From Wolbachia endosymbiont of Drosophila innubila (lineage in GTDB: Bacteria > Pseudomonadota > Alphaproteobacteria > Rickettsiales > Anaplasmataceae), in NCBI RefSeq assembly GCF_021378375.1, contig NZ_CP076228.1, positions 1,230,001 to 1,262,000 of the forward strand: DNA of 32,000 nucleotides, read 5' to 3'. Made by a program: the position numbers and the translations under genes. Under the pieces are notes generated by a model. It was not told the DNA's origin. It did not search any database and was given only the letters and a program-made list of their open reading frames with translations. Of the stretch, positions 20,887 through 30,666 are shown in pieces (the stretch's first letter is position 1; each line of letters begins with the position of its first letter).

Positions 20887-21445
20887 CAAACCTCGCCAGC
20901 CCCCTTATCATGATACTGAAGGTATTCAGTTATCTTCATCTGTGCAGATTAAACAGCAAGAAAACAACGTAGTTGGCGTCTTATTTTTAATTTTTTGCAC
21001 TATGTGCACCTTATGTCTTCACAACATTTCTGGGTTTTTACCTATATAAGCTGAAACGCGCTTATAAGTCGTTTAAGACAGTATAGTACGCCGATTTTGC
21101 AGGATTAGAGAGTGACAACTAGCTAACACGGGGTTTCTTTTGCCTTTTTTTCTGCTTAGTAAATTTCTTAAACATTCAAACTAAGGTGAGTTGCATTCAA
21201 AAGCAGCTAAATTGCAGTGTTTAAGACTTAAAAAACGCCAATACTGAAAATAGACAATGACCAGGGCTTCTTTTGCCTTTTTTTTCGTTTGGTAAATTTC
21301 TTAAATATTTATGGCTAAACGACAACCGTCATCCCGCTACTTGTTAGCGGCTGAGATACCGCGAATGAATCGCGGTATGACGGTTCGCGGTGACATGACG
21401 ATCAGCCTTGTCATTCTAGCGCGTGGCGCTGGAATCCAGACTTTA
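20874..21445 (+). repeat. Third, direct-orientation copy of the ispH-htpG repeat, including the palindromic modules at its distal end
   Basis: Shared blocks with 7100-7700: aaacttccttgacaaacctcgccagcccc.ttatcatga; ctatataagctgaaacgcgcttata; tttttctgcttagtaaatttcttaaacatt; cgacaaccgtcatcccgct.cttgttagcggctgagataccgcgaatgaatcgcggtatgacggttcgc. Confidence 0.85.
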
Positions 21446-21553
21446 ACTGATATGATTACAGAAAGAGAATTTATTAGGTAGTTATAGACACTGAAAGTGG
21501 TAAAACTTACCACTTTCAAGTAAAGAAAACTACGTTTACGCCTTCTATAATTT

Positions 21554-21898
21554 CTATGGATTATTCACTACTGCACCGTCTTCACAAATCACACCTCCTG
21601 GTGTTATTTTTGAAACGACTACAGGAGCGCCAAAAAACACAGCAGTAAATGCACCGAGTGCAAAAAGCGCTGGCCATGGCATTCTGCCAAATATCGCAAG
21701 CAAAGCTGCACCTATTATCACTATTGTGATCATCGGCCCACCTATGCCGTGAGTATAGCCTATTATCTTGCATATCACTGATGATGTTATATCACTTTCA
21801 TCAACAAAAACGGTGTTGGTGGTGCCACCACTAGTATTAGCATTTGCATCAAACGCAAAGGAGAGAATTAACGCCACAAGTAGAAGAAAATTTTTCAT
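21554..21898 (-). CDS. virB2: VirB2/TrbC-family type IV secretion pilin-like protein, copy 1
   Basis: Signal peptide MKNFLLLVALILSFAFDANA and core CKIIGYTHGIGGPMITIVIIGAALLAIFGRMPWPALFALGAFTAVFFGAPVVVSKITPGG. Confidence 0.85.
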   Translation of the reverse strand: MKNFLLLVALILSFAFDANANTSGGTTNTVFVDESDITSSVICKIIGYTHGIGGPMITIVIIGAALLAIFGRMPWPALFALGAFTAVFFGAPVVVSKITPGGVICEDGAVVNNP

Positions 21899-22116
21899 TA
21901 CGCCTCTCCTATAATTTCTGTTTCATGTTTGATTATCTATCGCTTTGATTAAATTTAAGTAAATGGTGAGGGTTCTAGTAAATTTGTCATCCTATCAGTT
22001 TATAAAAATTCCCGGATCTCAGTGTTATTCACTTGGACAACATTTATACAATTGTGGAATAATGGTGCTCCTTTAAGGAGCACCATTTAGCTAATGTTTT
22101 TCTGAAATTTTAGTGC

Positions 22117-22470
22117 CTAGTTGCATGTATTTGTTGTTGCATTCCATACTTTACCATCAGGGCAAGCAGTTGCACCATTTTTACAAATCACACCGCCTGG
22201 TACTATTTTTGAAACAACTACAGGCGCACCAAAAAACACAGCAGTAAATGCACCGAGTGCAAAAAGCGCTGGCCACGGCATTCTGCCAAATATTGCAAGC
22301 AATGCTGCACCAATTATTACTATTGTGATCATCGGTCCACCTATGCCGTGAGTATAGCCTACTATTTTGCATATTGTATTTGACGTTGCGTCATCAGTAA
22401 CACTGCTAGCAAAAGCATTATCAAATGCAAAGAAGAGAATTAACGCCACTAGTAGAAGAAAATTTTTCAT
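22117..22470 (-). CDS. virB2: VirB2/TrbC-family pilin-like protein, copy 2, with longer Cys-containing C-terminal tail
   Basis: Same signal peptide and core as copy 1; tail GVICKNGATACPDGKVWNATTNTCN. Confidence 0.85.
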   Translation of the reverse strand: MKNFLLLVALILFFAFDNAFASSVTDDATSNTICKIVGYTHGIGGPMITIVIIGAALLAIFGRMPWPALFALGAFTAVFFGAPVVVSKIVPGGVICKNGATACPDGKVWNATTNTCN

Positions 22471-22487
22471 TATGCCTCTAATAATTT

Positions 22488-22814
22488 CTATGGCTTATTC
22501 GCTACTGCACCGTTTTTACAAATCACACCTCCTGGTGTTATTTTTGAAACGACTACAGGAGCGCCAAAAAACACAGCAGTAAATGCACCGAGTGCAAAAA
22601 GCGCTGGCCACGGCATTCTGCCGAATATTGCAAGCAACGCTGCACCTATTATCACTATTGTGATCATTGGTCCACCTATGCCATGAGTATAGCCTATTAT
22701 CTTGCATATCACCGATGATGTTGTATCATTTGTATCAACAAAAGTAGTAGGAGAAGCATTTGCATCAAATGCAAAGGAGAGAATTAATGCCACAAGTAGA
22801 AGAAAATTTTTCAT
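22488..22814 (-). CDS. virB2: VirB2/TrbC-family pilin-like protein, copy 3
   Basis: Same signal peptide and core; lies 17 nt upstream of copy 2 in transcriptional order. Confidence 0.85.
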   Translation of the reverse strand: MKNFLLLVALILSFAFDANASPTTFVDTNDTTSSVICKIIGYTHGIGGPMITIVIIGAALLAIFGRMPWPALFALGAFTAVFFGAPVVVSKITPGGVICKNGAVANKP

Positions 22815-22950
22815 TATGCCTCCGATAATTTCTATTTAATGCTGGATTATCTACCATTTTGATTAAATTTAAGTAAATGGTGAGGATTTTTTTGCTTAAA
22901 AGTATCCTTTATTTCATTTAGAATACTTTTCTTGGTTCGTTTATATTACA

Positions 22951-23766
22951 GTGCTACAGAAATTTTACAGCATCGTTTATTGTCTTTATCGTGCTTTGAT
23001 TGACACAATTTATAATGATGGAGTGGAGCATGCAGGGTATTTATCATTTTTAATTCTGTTATCAATATTTCCTTTTCTCATCGTTTTAATGGCTGTGGCG
23101 TCAACATTTGCAAATTTTTTAGACCAGTACAACATTGGCTGGGTATTTATCATTGATAACATGCCACAGGATATTTTATCATCTTTGATGCCGCGTATTA
23201 GGGAGATAATATCAGGCCCGCCGCAAAGCTTACTAACTTTAGCAATTGTAGGTGCTGTTTGGGCCGCTTCATCGACAATTGAAGGGCTTAGAACAATACT
23301 CAATAAGGCCTATAAAGTTCCGGTTTCGCCGCCTTATATATTAAGAAGAGTACTAAGTATATTACAATTTTTAGTAATCACGCTTATTATAACTCTAACT
23401 ATAGTGTTTTCTACACTAGTACCAATGCTAATTGATTTTTCCTATCAGGGACTAAGTTATACTAGGTATTTACTTATTGAATTTGTACTTTTCACAGTAG
23501 TCTCTTGGCTATATTTTATGTTGCCAAACATAAAACAAAATTTATCAGACGTATTTCCTGGATCTTGTGTAGCTGTTATTCTTTGGACGATTTCTGCTTC
23601 AGCTTTTAAGCAATACTTAAAAGCTTCCTTTGACCAACTGGATTTGATATATGGAAGTTTAGGTGGTGTGGTAGTGTCATTACTATTTTTTTATATGCTA
23701 AGTTTGATTTTTATATATGGAGCAAAATTCAATTTTCAGCTAAAATATTTCAATGAATCTCGCTAA
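22951..23766 (+). CDS. YihY/BrkB-family inner membrane protein (formerly annotated ribonuclease BN)
   Basis: DGVEHAGYLSFLILLSIFPFLIVLMAV, multiple TM segments, GSLGGVVVSLLFFYMLSLIFIYGAKFN. Confidence 0.88.
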   Translation: MLQKFYSIVYCLYRALIDTIYNDGVEHAGYLSFLILLSIFPFLIVLMAVASTFANFLDQYNIGWVFIIDNMPQDILSSLMPRIREIISGPPQSLLTLAIVGAVWAASSTIEGLRTILNKAYKVPVSPPYILRRVLSILQFLVITLIITLTIVFSTLVPMLIDFSYQGLSYTRYLLIEFVLFTVVSWLYFMLPNIKQNLSDVFPGSCVAVILWTISASAFKQYLKASFDQLDLIYGSLGGVVVSLLFFYMLSLIFIYGAKFNFQLKYFNESR

Positions 23767-23776
23767 GGAGAAAGAA

Positions 23777-24508
23777 ATGGGTAAGTTAGAAGGTAAAGTA
23801 GCTTTAATCACCGGAGCTTCAGGTGGAGTAGGCTCTGCTGTTGCAAAAAGGTTTATAAGAGAAGGTGCATGTGTGATTCTGATTTCAAGATCTCTTGATA
23901 ATCTCAAGCCACTATATAATGAAATTGAAGAGCTTGAAGAATTTAAAGAAGGCTCTGTGAAACTAATTCAGCTTGATCTTTTAGACTTTGAGAATGTAAA
24001 GATACTGACAAACATGATAGAAAGCCTGAAATTATCAGAATCTGGAGCACTTGATATATTAGTTGCGTGTGCTGGAATTTTAGGCAAACTGAACCCCATT
24101 CATGACTGTGAGATTGAAGAGCTACAGAACGTAATGAATACAAATTTTACTGCCAATTGGTACTTACTAAAAAACTTAGATCCAATGCTAAAAAAGTCTA
24201 ATGCTGGAAGAGCGATATTCATGACCTCAGAAGTGACACTTTCTCCTTCCTCTTATCCATATTGGATGCCGTATGCTGCAAGTAAAGTTGCACTAGAAAT
24301 AATGGTGCAGATATATGCATCTGAGACAAAACATACAAAATTATGTGTAAATGCTGTATACACGGAAGGACCTGTGGGTAGTGAGCAGGCATTTCCTGGA
24401 TCTGAATTGGTGTCACCTGATAAACTAACAGATAAATTTGTGGAATTAGCTTCTGAAGACTGCAGCATATCAGGAAAAATCTTACCGCTCAGCAAATCTC
24501 CCGAATAA
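23777..24508 (+). CDS. SDR-family NAD(P)-dependent oxidoreductase
   Basis: GKVALITGASGGVGSAVAKRFIREGA, VACAGILG and YAASK. ATG at 23777 preceded by aaggag is preferred over 23753. Confidence 0.9.
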   Translation: MGKLEGKVALITGASGGVGSAVAKRFIREGACVILISRSLDNLKPLYNEIEELEEFKEGSVKLIQLDLLDFENVKILTNMIESLKLSESGALDILVACAGILGKLNPIHDCEIEELQNVMNTNFTANWYLLKNLDPMLKKSNAGRAIFMTSEVTLSPSSYPYWMPYAASKVALEIMVQIYASETKHTKLCVNAVYTEGPVGSEQAFPGSELVSPDKLTDKFVELASEDCSISGKILPLSKSPE

Positions 24509-24594
24509 ATTACCATAGTATCTGCAAAGATACCGTTAAGCCCACAATTGTATGAACATTGTGATTTGAGAGTAATCTCCACTAGGAAGGATGT

Positions 24595-24720
24595 CATCCC
24601 AGTGCCTCTATGGTGTCATTCCAGTCTGGAATCTAGTCTTTATTATGCAGCCACTTATTTAAAGTTAAGTTTTCTGGATCCCAGACTGGGATGACACCTC
24701 TGGGCACTGCCGTCATAAAG
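24595..24720. repeat. Intergenic palindromic repeat of the 'gtcatcccagtgc' family
   Basis: gtcatcccagtgcctctatggtgtcattccagtctggaat ... ctggatcccagactgggatgacacctctgggcactg; the two outer segments are in inverted orientation. Confidence 0.75.
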
Positions 24721-24944
24721 GAACCAGTGTCAGCTACTTGAATGACATCATTTGCTGTGCAATTTACCTTCAAAAATGAATGTTTGTACAGCTGTGTGTC
24801 AAGCACTGGAATCTGCCACGCAAATTGCAATGTTCGTACAGTTATGCGTCAAGCCTAAAAGTAATTAGCTAATAGGTTTAATAAAAATTCACATATACAG
24901 GAAAGATTGGTAACATTACTTGAATAGAGACCGTTATTGTAATT

Positions 24945-27900
24945 ATGCCGAAACGCACAGATATAGAATCTATATTAGTAATAGGAGCAGGCCCAATAGT
25001 TATAGGTCAGGCATGCGAGTTTGATTATTCCGGAACGCAAAGCTGTAAAGTATTAAAAAGCGAAGGTTATAAAGTCATTTTGGTTAACTCCAACCCCGCA
25101 ACTATAATGACAGATCCTGAGTTTTCTGATGCGACGTATATTGAGCCGGTACTGCCTGAAATCATAGAGAAAATTATAATTAAGGAGAGGCCAGACGCAA
25201 TATTGCCAACAATGGGCGGGCAAACAGCGCTCAATTGTGCAATAAAACTTGCAGATGATGAAGTGTTAGACAAATACAACGTAGAATTAATAGGGGTAAA
25301 TAGAGGAGCAATAAAAAAAGCAGAGGATAGAGAGTTATTCCGTCAGTCCATGGATAGAATAGGACTGAAATACCCCAAAAGTATCATTATAAAAAATCAA
25401 GAACAAATAAAAAAGGCTTTGGATTACGTTGGATTACCAGCAATCATTCGTTCATCATTCACTCTTGGTGGTGCAGGTAGTGGCATAGCATATAATAAAG
25501 AGGAGTTTTTCAATATCGCAGAAAGTGCTCTCAAAATTTCGCCAATAAATGAAGTTCAGATAGATGAATCAATTATCGGCTGGAAAGAGTATGAAATGGA
25601 AGTTATCCGCGATTGTAAAGATAACTGCATAATAATCTGTTCGATAGAAAATGTTGATCCGATGGGAGTGCACACCGGAGATAGTATTACGGTTGCTCCT
25701 GCTTTGACTCTGCGTGACGTAGAATACCAACAGATGAGAAATGCATCTATAGCAGTGCTGAGAGAAATTGATGTTAGTGCCGGTGGTGCAAATGTTCAAT
25801 TTGCAGTGAATCCTAAAGAAGATGGAAGCCTCGTTGTGATTGAGATGAATCCAAGGGTTTCTCGCTCTTCTGCACTTGCTTCGAAAGCAACAGGCTATCC
25901 TATTGCAAAAGTTGTAACTAAACTTGCTATTGGCTATTCGCTCGACGAAATACGTAACGACTGTGCTCCAATAATACCAGCAGCATTCGAACCAGTGATT
26001 GATTATATCGTCACTAAAATTCCTCGATTTGAGTTTGAGAAATTTAAGGGGACGAATTGTGAATTATCAACCTCCATGAAATCAGTGGGAGAAGTGATGT
26101 CTATAGGCCGCACTTTTAATGAGTCACTACAGAAAGCTTTCCGTTCACTTGAAACTGATTTTACAGGACTTGATGAAGTATTTCCTGAGAACATTGATAT
26201 TGATCACATAAAATCTCAATTAGCAAAATTGCTACCAAACAGATTACTGATTGCTGCTGACGCAATGCGCCACGGAATTAGCATAGAAGAAATAAATTCG
26301 ATTACAGGATATGACTTATGGTTTCTGCAAAATATACAGCAAATTATATTAACTGAACAAAAAATCAAGGAAAATGGATTTCCTGGAACTGCGTACGAAA
26401 TGTTAGAGCTGAAAAAAATGGGATTTTCAGATGCAAGATTAGCAAAGTTAAGTAATAGACCTACCTCTGTCATTCCAGTACCCTCTAATGTCATCCCAGT
26501 GCGTGACACTGGGATCCAGCCAGCGTTACACGCTGGAGATCGAGTAAAACAAATCGAAGAAATAAGAAAAAAATTTGGCATTAAACAAGTTTATAAACGC
26601 GTAGACACCTGTGCAGCTGAATTTGAATCGAGCACTGCTTATATGTATGGCTGCTATGAGGGTGATGTTGAAAATAAAACGGAATGTGAGGCGAATATTT
26701 CTGACCGAGAAAAGGTTGTCATTTTAGGAAGTGGTCCAAATCGCATTGGTCAAGGTATTGAGTTTGATTATGCATGCGTACATGCAGCTTCTGCCGCCAA
26801 AGAAATGGGGTATGAAACAATAATGATCAACTGTAATCCCGAAACTGTCTCAACTGACTACGATACCGCTGATCGTTTATATTTTGCACCACTCATTGCA
26901 GAGGATGTGCTTGAAATACTAAGTAAAGAGCAAGAAAATGGCACACTGGTTGGTGTAATAGTTCAAATAGGCGGTCAAACACCTTTAAAGTTAGCCAAAG
27001 TGCTTAACGAGAGAGGTTTCAAAATTCTGGGAACTTCGTTTGATTCTATTGACCTTGCAGAAGATCGCATGAGGTTTAAAAGCCTTGCTTTGCAACTTAA
27101 TTTAAAACAACCTGAAAATTCTATCTGCCATTCAGTAGAAGAAGCGTTAACCAACGCAGAAAAGGTGGGGTTTCCACTAGTAGTCAGGCCATCATATGTC
27201 CTCGGCGGTCAGTCTATGTCGATTAGACACGATACTCAGAGCTTTAAAGAGTACGTCTTAGATCAAACTAAAATCTTTGAGCATGGTTCGCTGCTTCTTG
27301 ATAAATTTTTAGTCAATGCAGTTGAGGTTGACGTTGATGCTGTATGTGATGGGGAAAAAGTTTTCATTGCAGCGGTCATGGAGCATATTGAAGAGGCTGG
27401 TATCCACTCTGGTGATTCAACATGCTCAATACCGACAAATACATTGAGTGACGAAGTAATAAAAGAGATCGAGCTCCAAACTGAGAGAATAGCATTAGCA
27501 TTAAAAGTGAAAGGTCTGATAAACATTCAGTTTGCTGTTCAAGAGAATAGACCTCTTGCAGAACCTGTTTGTGATGAGAAATCTTTAGGAAAAGTGCAGA
27601 TGAGCACCACAGAATACTCGAATGTATTTGAGGAGCGCAGACAAGCTTTGACGACAAAATTGCCTTCAGAAATCGAGTTATGCAAGAGGTCTAGTGATGT
27701 ATACATACTTGAAGTGAATTTAAGGGCTAGTCGAACCGTTCCTTTTATTTCCAAGGTAATCAATATTCCTATTGCAAAGCTTGCCACTCAGGTTATTTTG
27801 GGTAAAAAATTGAATCAGGAAAACAAGCCTTTCAATCATTTTGCAGTTAAAGCTGCTGTTTTTCCATTTACCCGCTTTGCAGGAGTTGATACTTTACTTG

Positions 27901-28400
27901 GTCCTGAAATGAAATCAACAGGAGAAGTGATGGGAATTGACTCATCATTTGAAGCTGCACTTGCAAAAACGCACATGGCTGCAGGATACAAGTTACCAAC
28001 AGAAGGAACAGCTCTGGTTTCAGTAAAAGATGATGATAAAAAGTATATATTGCCAGTTGCACGAATGTTGAAAGAACTGAGTTTTGAAATATATGCCACC
28101 AAAGGCACAGCTTCGTATCTGAACAATAACGGCATTGCTGCACAAGCTGTAAATAAAGTAAGAGAAGGCAGACCCCACATAGTTGATATGCTCAAAGATG
28201 GAAAAATAAATCTAGTGATTAATACTTCAAAAGGTGTAAAGTCAGTCTCAGACAGCAAAGATATCAGGAGAACTGCTATTTTGCAAAATATAGCTTACAG
28301 CACCACAGCTTCCGGAAGTAAAGCGTTAGTGCTTGCAATTCAATATGTAAAGAATAGCAAACTGGAAGTGAAATCATTACAGCAGATACAAAACGTTTAA
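24945..28400 (+). CDS. carB: Carbamoyl-phosphate synthase large subunit
   Basis: [101 protein letters not shown]. Confidence 0.97.
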   Translation: MPKRTDIESILVIGAGPIVIGQACEFDYSGTQSCKVLKSEGYKVILVNSNPATIMTDPEFSDATYIEPVLPEIIEKIIIKERPDAILPTMGGQTALNCAIKLADDEVLDKYNVELIGVNRGAIKKAEDRELFRQSMDRIGLKYPKSIIIKNQEQIKKALDYVGLPAIIRSSFTLGGAGSGIAYNKEEFFNIAESALKISPINEVQIDESIIGWKEYEMEVIRDCKDNCIIICSIENVDPMGVHTGDSITVAPALTLRDVEYQQMRNASIAVLREIDVSAGGANVQFAVNPKEDGSLVVIEMNPRVSRSSALASKATGYPIAKVVTKLAIGYSLDEIRNDCAPIIPAAFEPVIDYIVTKIPRFEFEKFKGTNCELSTSMKSVGEVMSIGRTFNESLQKAFRSLETDFTGLDEVFPENIDIDHIKSQLAKLLPNRLLIAADAMRHGISIEEINSITGYDLWFLQNIQQIILTEQKIKENGFPGTAYEMLELKKMGFSDARLAKLSNRPTSVIPVPSNVIPVRDTGIQPALHAGDRVKQIEEIRKKFGIKQVYKRVDTCAAEFESSTAYMYGCYEGDVENKTECEANISDREKVVILGSGPNRIGQGIEFDYACVHAASAAKEMGYETIMINCNPETVSTDYDTADRLYFAPLIAEDVLEILSKEQENGTLVGVIVQIGGQTPLKLAKVLNERGFKILGTSFDSIDLAEDRMRFKSLALQLNLKQPENSICHSVEEALTNAEKVGFPLVVRPSYVLGGQSMSIRHDTQSFKEYVLDQTKIFEHGSLLLDKFLVNAVEVDVDAVCDGEKVFIAAVMEHIEEAGIHSGDSTCSIPTNTLSDEVIKEIELQTERIALALKVKGLINIQFAVQENRPLAEPVCDEKSLGKVQMSTTEYSNVFEERRQALTTKLPSEIELCKRSSDVYILEVNLRASRTVPFISKVINIPIAKLATQVILGKKLNQENKPFNHFAVKAAVFPFTRFAGVDTLLGPEMKSTGEVMGIDSSFEAALAKTHMAAGYKLPTEGTALVSVKDDDKKYILPVARMLKELSFEIYATKGTASYLNNNGIAAQAVNKVREGRPHIVDMLKDGKINLVINTSKGVKSVSDSKDIRRTAILQNIAYSTTASGSKALVLAIQYVKNSKLEVKSLQQIQNV
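26463..26543 (+). repeat. In-frame palindromic repeat insertion inside carB
   Basis: 81 nt containing the dyads tcccagtg-cgtga-cactggga and ccagcgt-tac-acgctgg, related to intergenic copies at ~7676, ~21425 and ~24600. Encodes [27 protein letters not shown]. Confidence 0.8.
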
Positions 28401-28776
28401 ATATCAAAACTAGAATAATTCACTCTCAAAATGCTAAAGAGAACATAATAAAAAGATGGAAATTTTGAAGGAAATAGTATACCTAAAGAATCAACTAGCG
28501 TAATTGAACAGCCAAATGCTGCAACGAATGCTCCACAATCTCACCTAGAGGACACTTCCCTTATATGTTAAGAACAAGTCTTTATAAATATCAAAGTAGT
28601 GAGATTAAAGACACACAGAGAAGAGGAATCGTCACGCCCCTTGATTATAAGAATCGTTGTTCAGCAAGGTTCTCTTCTCTGGTTTATTATACTGAAAGTT
28701 CCGAATAACTGATTGAGCTTTTAGGCTCGTATATAAGGCTGGAAAATGCAGTATATGTTATTATTACGGAGGAATT

Positions 28777-29371
28777 ATGAATTCATCAAACATTATTGCT
28801 GGCATTGATGTTAGCAAAAGTAAATTAGATCTCCACATTCACCCACTTGAGCATTATAAAATATTTGAAAACAATGTACAATCCATTGATGAAATGCTGG
28901 ACTTTTTACGTTTGCATAATGTAACCAAAATTGGTCTTGAGGCAACTGGTGGATACGAAAAATTATGTGCCTATACTTTACTAAGCAATGGTTTTGAGGT
29001 GTACGTCATTCAACCAAGGTGGGAGAGACTATGCTAAAAGCCTTGGTATTACTACAAAAACTGATAAAATAGACTGCAGTATCATCTCACGTTATATTAA
29101 TAATACAGATATGCGTGTTACTCCTTTAACAGTTAGTAATGGTAATATTGATTGCTTGAAACAAAAATTATCTCGTAGAAACCAACTTGTAGAAATAGCA
29201 AAAATACAAAAAACCCAAATCCAACAGGTAACTGATACATCTATAATCAAACAAATAGAGGAACTTCTTGCAATTTTACGTAATCAAATTAAAACTTTAG
29301 AAGATGAAATGATTACATTTATCGATCAAAACCAAGAGCTTAAAAGAAAATATATATCAATAATTATATAG
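28777..29371 (+). pseudogene. IS110-family transposase remnant, frameshifted and C-terminally truncated
   Basis: GIDVSKSKLDLHI, GLEATGGYEKL, then after a frame change RDYAKSLGITTKTDKIDCSIISRYI. The C-terminal Transposase_20-type domain is missing. Confidence 0.85.
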
Positions 29372-29426
29372 TAGCGGGATGACGGTTTTTCAAATTATCG
29401 GTAAATCTAAGTCAGTTTAGCTATAG
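29366..29426. repeat. Partial copy of the tagctatag-ended palindromic repeat abutting the transposase remnant
   Basis: tagtagcgggatgacggtttttcaaattatcggtaaatctaagtcagtttagctatag resembles the distal half of the element at 14465-14598. Confidence 0.6.
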
Positions 29427-29545
29427 GCAGCAATTTTCTGTATTGATTTTAAATTGAAGAAAGCTCAAATGAAAGATCGTGTTTTGCTAAAAATCACAGA
29501 ATGCAGTCTGGTTACTATTTAAAAGGATATGTTCAAAAAACTGTG

Positions 29546-30526
29546 TCAAATCAACTCATACACTTCATGACCAACTTCATGATGAAGTTCCGCAGTTGGA
29601 TGGAAATAATCAAAAAAGAAATAATCCTTTAGTGTTTCTTTGCTACACCCAGGGTTATAGTGAACGTCAAGTTCCCCTTTAAATATCAACTTTAAGAGTA
29701 TTTTTATATTTTCTTTAAATCTCCCAACTTGGTCTGCAATGTTCGATGTGCATGCATCTTGACAATTTAAACCTTTGCTCTTGTATTCGCTAAACATACT
29801 TCTCATTTTAGAGTTAAGATCAAATGCTTTTATTTCAAGATTTGTACTTTTCTTCATATAATCTAAGCCTTTAGCCAGTTTTGCATTGAAACTCTCCGTG
29901 AGCTTTGTAGCTAGTTCCCTTGCTTCTTCATCTCTATTAAAAGCTGGTATTGAGCCAACTTCAGGTGCATTTGCAACAACTACATGCTTAACACCATGTT
30001 CATTTAGAACCTTAAGTGCATTACATATTTCACTCACTGCTTGTTCCAACACTTCTTCCGCTTTAGTATCGTCATAAGCAGTGGCAACCATAACATCATT
30101 TCCGCCGATTATGATGCAAAATAAATCTTCTTTACCTATATCTGGATGATGTTTAATTACCGCATCTAGCTGGTTAGCTAAACGAAATTTATTGAAGAAA
30201 TAAGAAAAAATAGGGTCAAAAATTTCAGATGCTGTTGCATATGAAACTGCGTAATTCTGACCTTGCTGTTCGTGGCATCTCCCAAAAAATGAATAACTCC
30301 ACCCAGGTTTAAATTCATCTAAATCTAAATATTTTGCTATATATTCAACAGCAGTAGGGCCATTGCTAAAAGATCTTCCTTGATAAAAAGGATCATCAAA
30401 TTTTACGCTTTTTGCAAAGGATAAATTATTTAAAATTCCAATGATTGCGCCATTATCGGATAAGCTATCACCCAGAACATAAAAATTTCTATACTTTGAA
30501 TTAGAATTGTCATTTTTGTTTGTCAT
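29546..30526 (-). CDS. GDSL-family SGNH lipase/esterase-like hydrolase
   Basis: Block I NFYVLGDSLSDNGAI, block III IIIGGNDVMV, block V DYFHPTAELHHEV. Confidence 0.88.
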   Translation of the reverse strand: MTNKNDNSNSKYRNFYVLGDSLSDNGAIIGILNNLSFAKSVKFDDPFYQGRSFSNGPTAVEYIAKYLDLDEFKPGWSYSFFGRCHEQQGQNYAVSYATASEIFDPIFSYFFNKFRLANQLDAVIKHHPDIGKEDLFCIIIGGNDVMVATAYDDTKAEEVLEQAVSEICNALKVLNEHGVKHVVVANAPEVGSIPAFNRDEEARELATKLTESFNAKLAKGLDYMKKSTNLEIKAFDLNSKMRSMFSEYKSKGLNCQDACTSNIADQVGRFKENIKILLKLIFKGELDVHYNPGCSKETLKDYFFFDYFHPTAELHHEVGHEVYELI

Positions 30527-30666
30527 AATATTTACCGTAGATTAGCATGTTGTTTCATTAGATTCATAGAAAAAGAAAAATAGCGGTGAAATTATACAAC
30601 TTTGGCCTAACTTGCTCTCCACTTTTTCCGGGCAAAATCAGCTTCTTCTTAACTTGACACGTATAC

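Noticed and set aside
25067-28258. Numerous minus-strand ORFs inside carB
   Set aside because: Antisense shadows of a well supported conserved gene.
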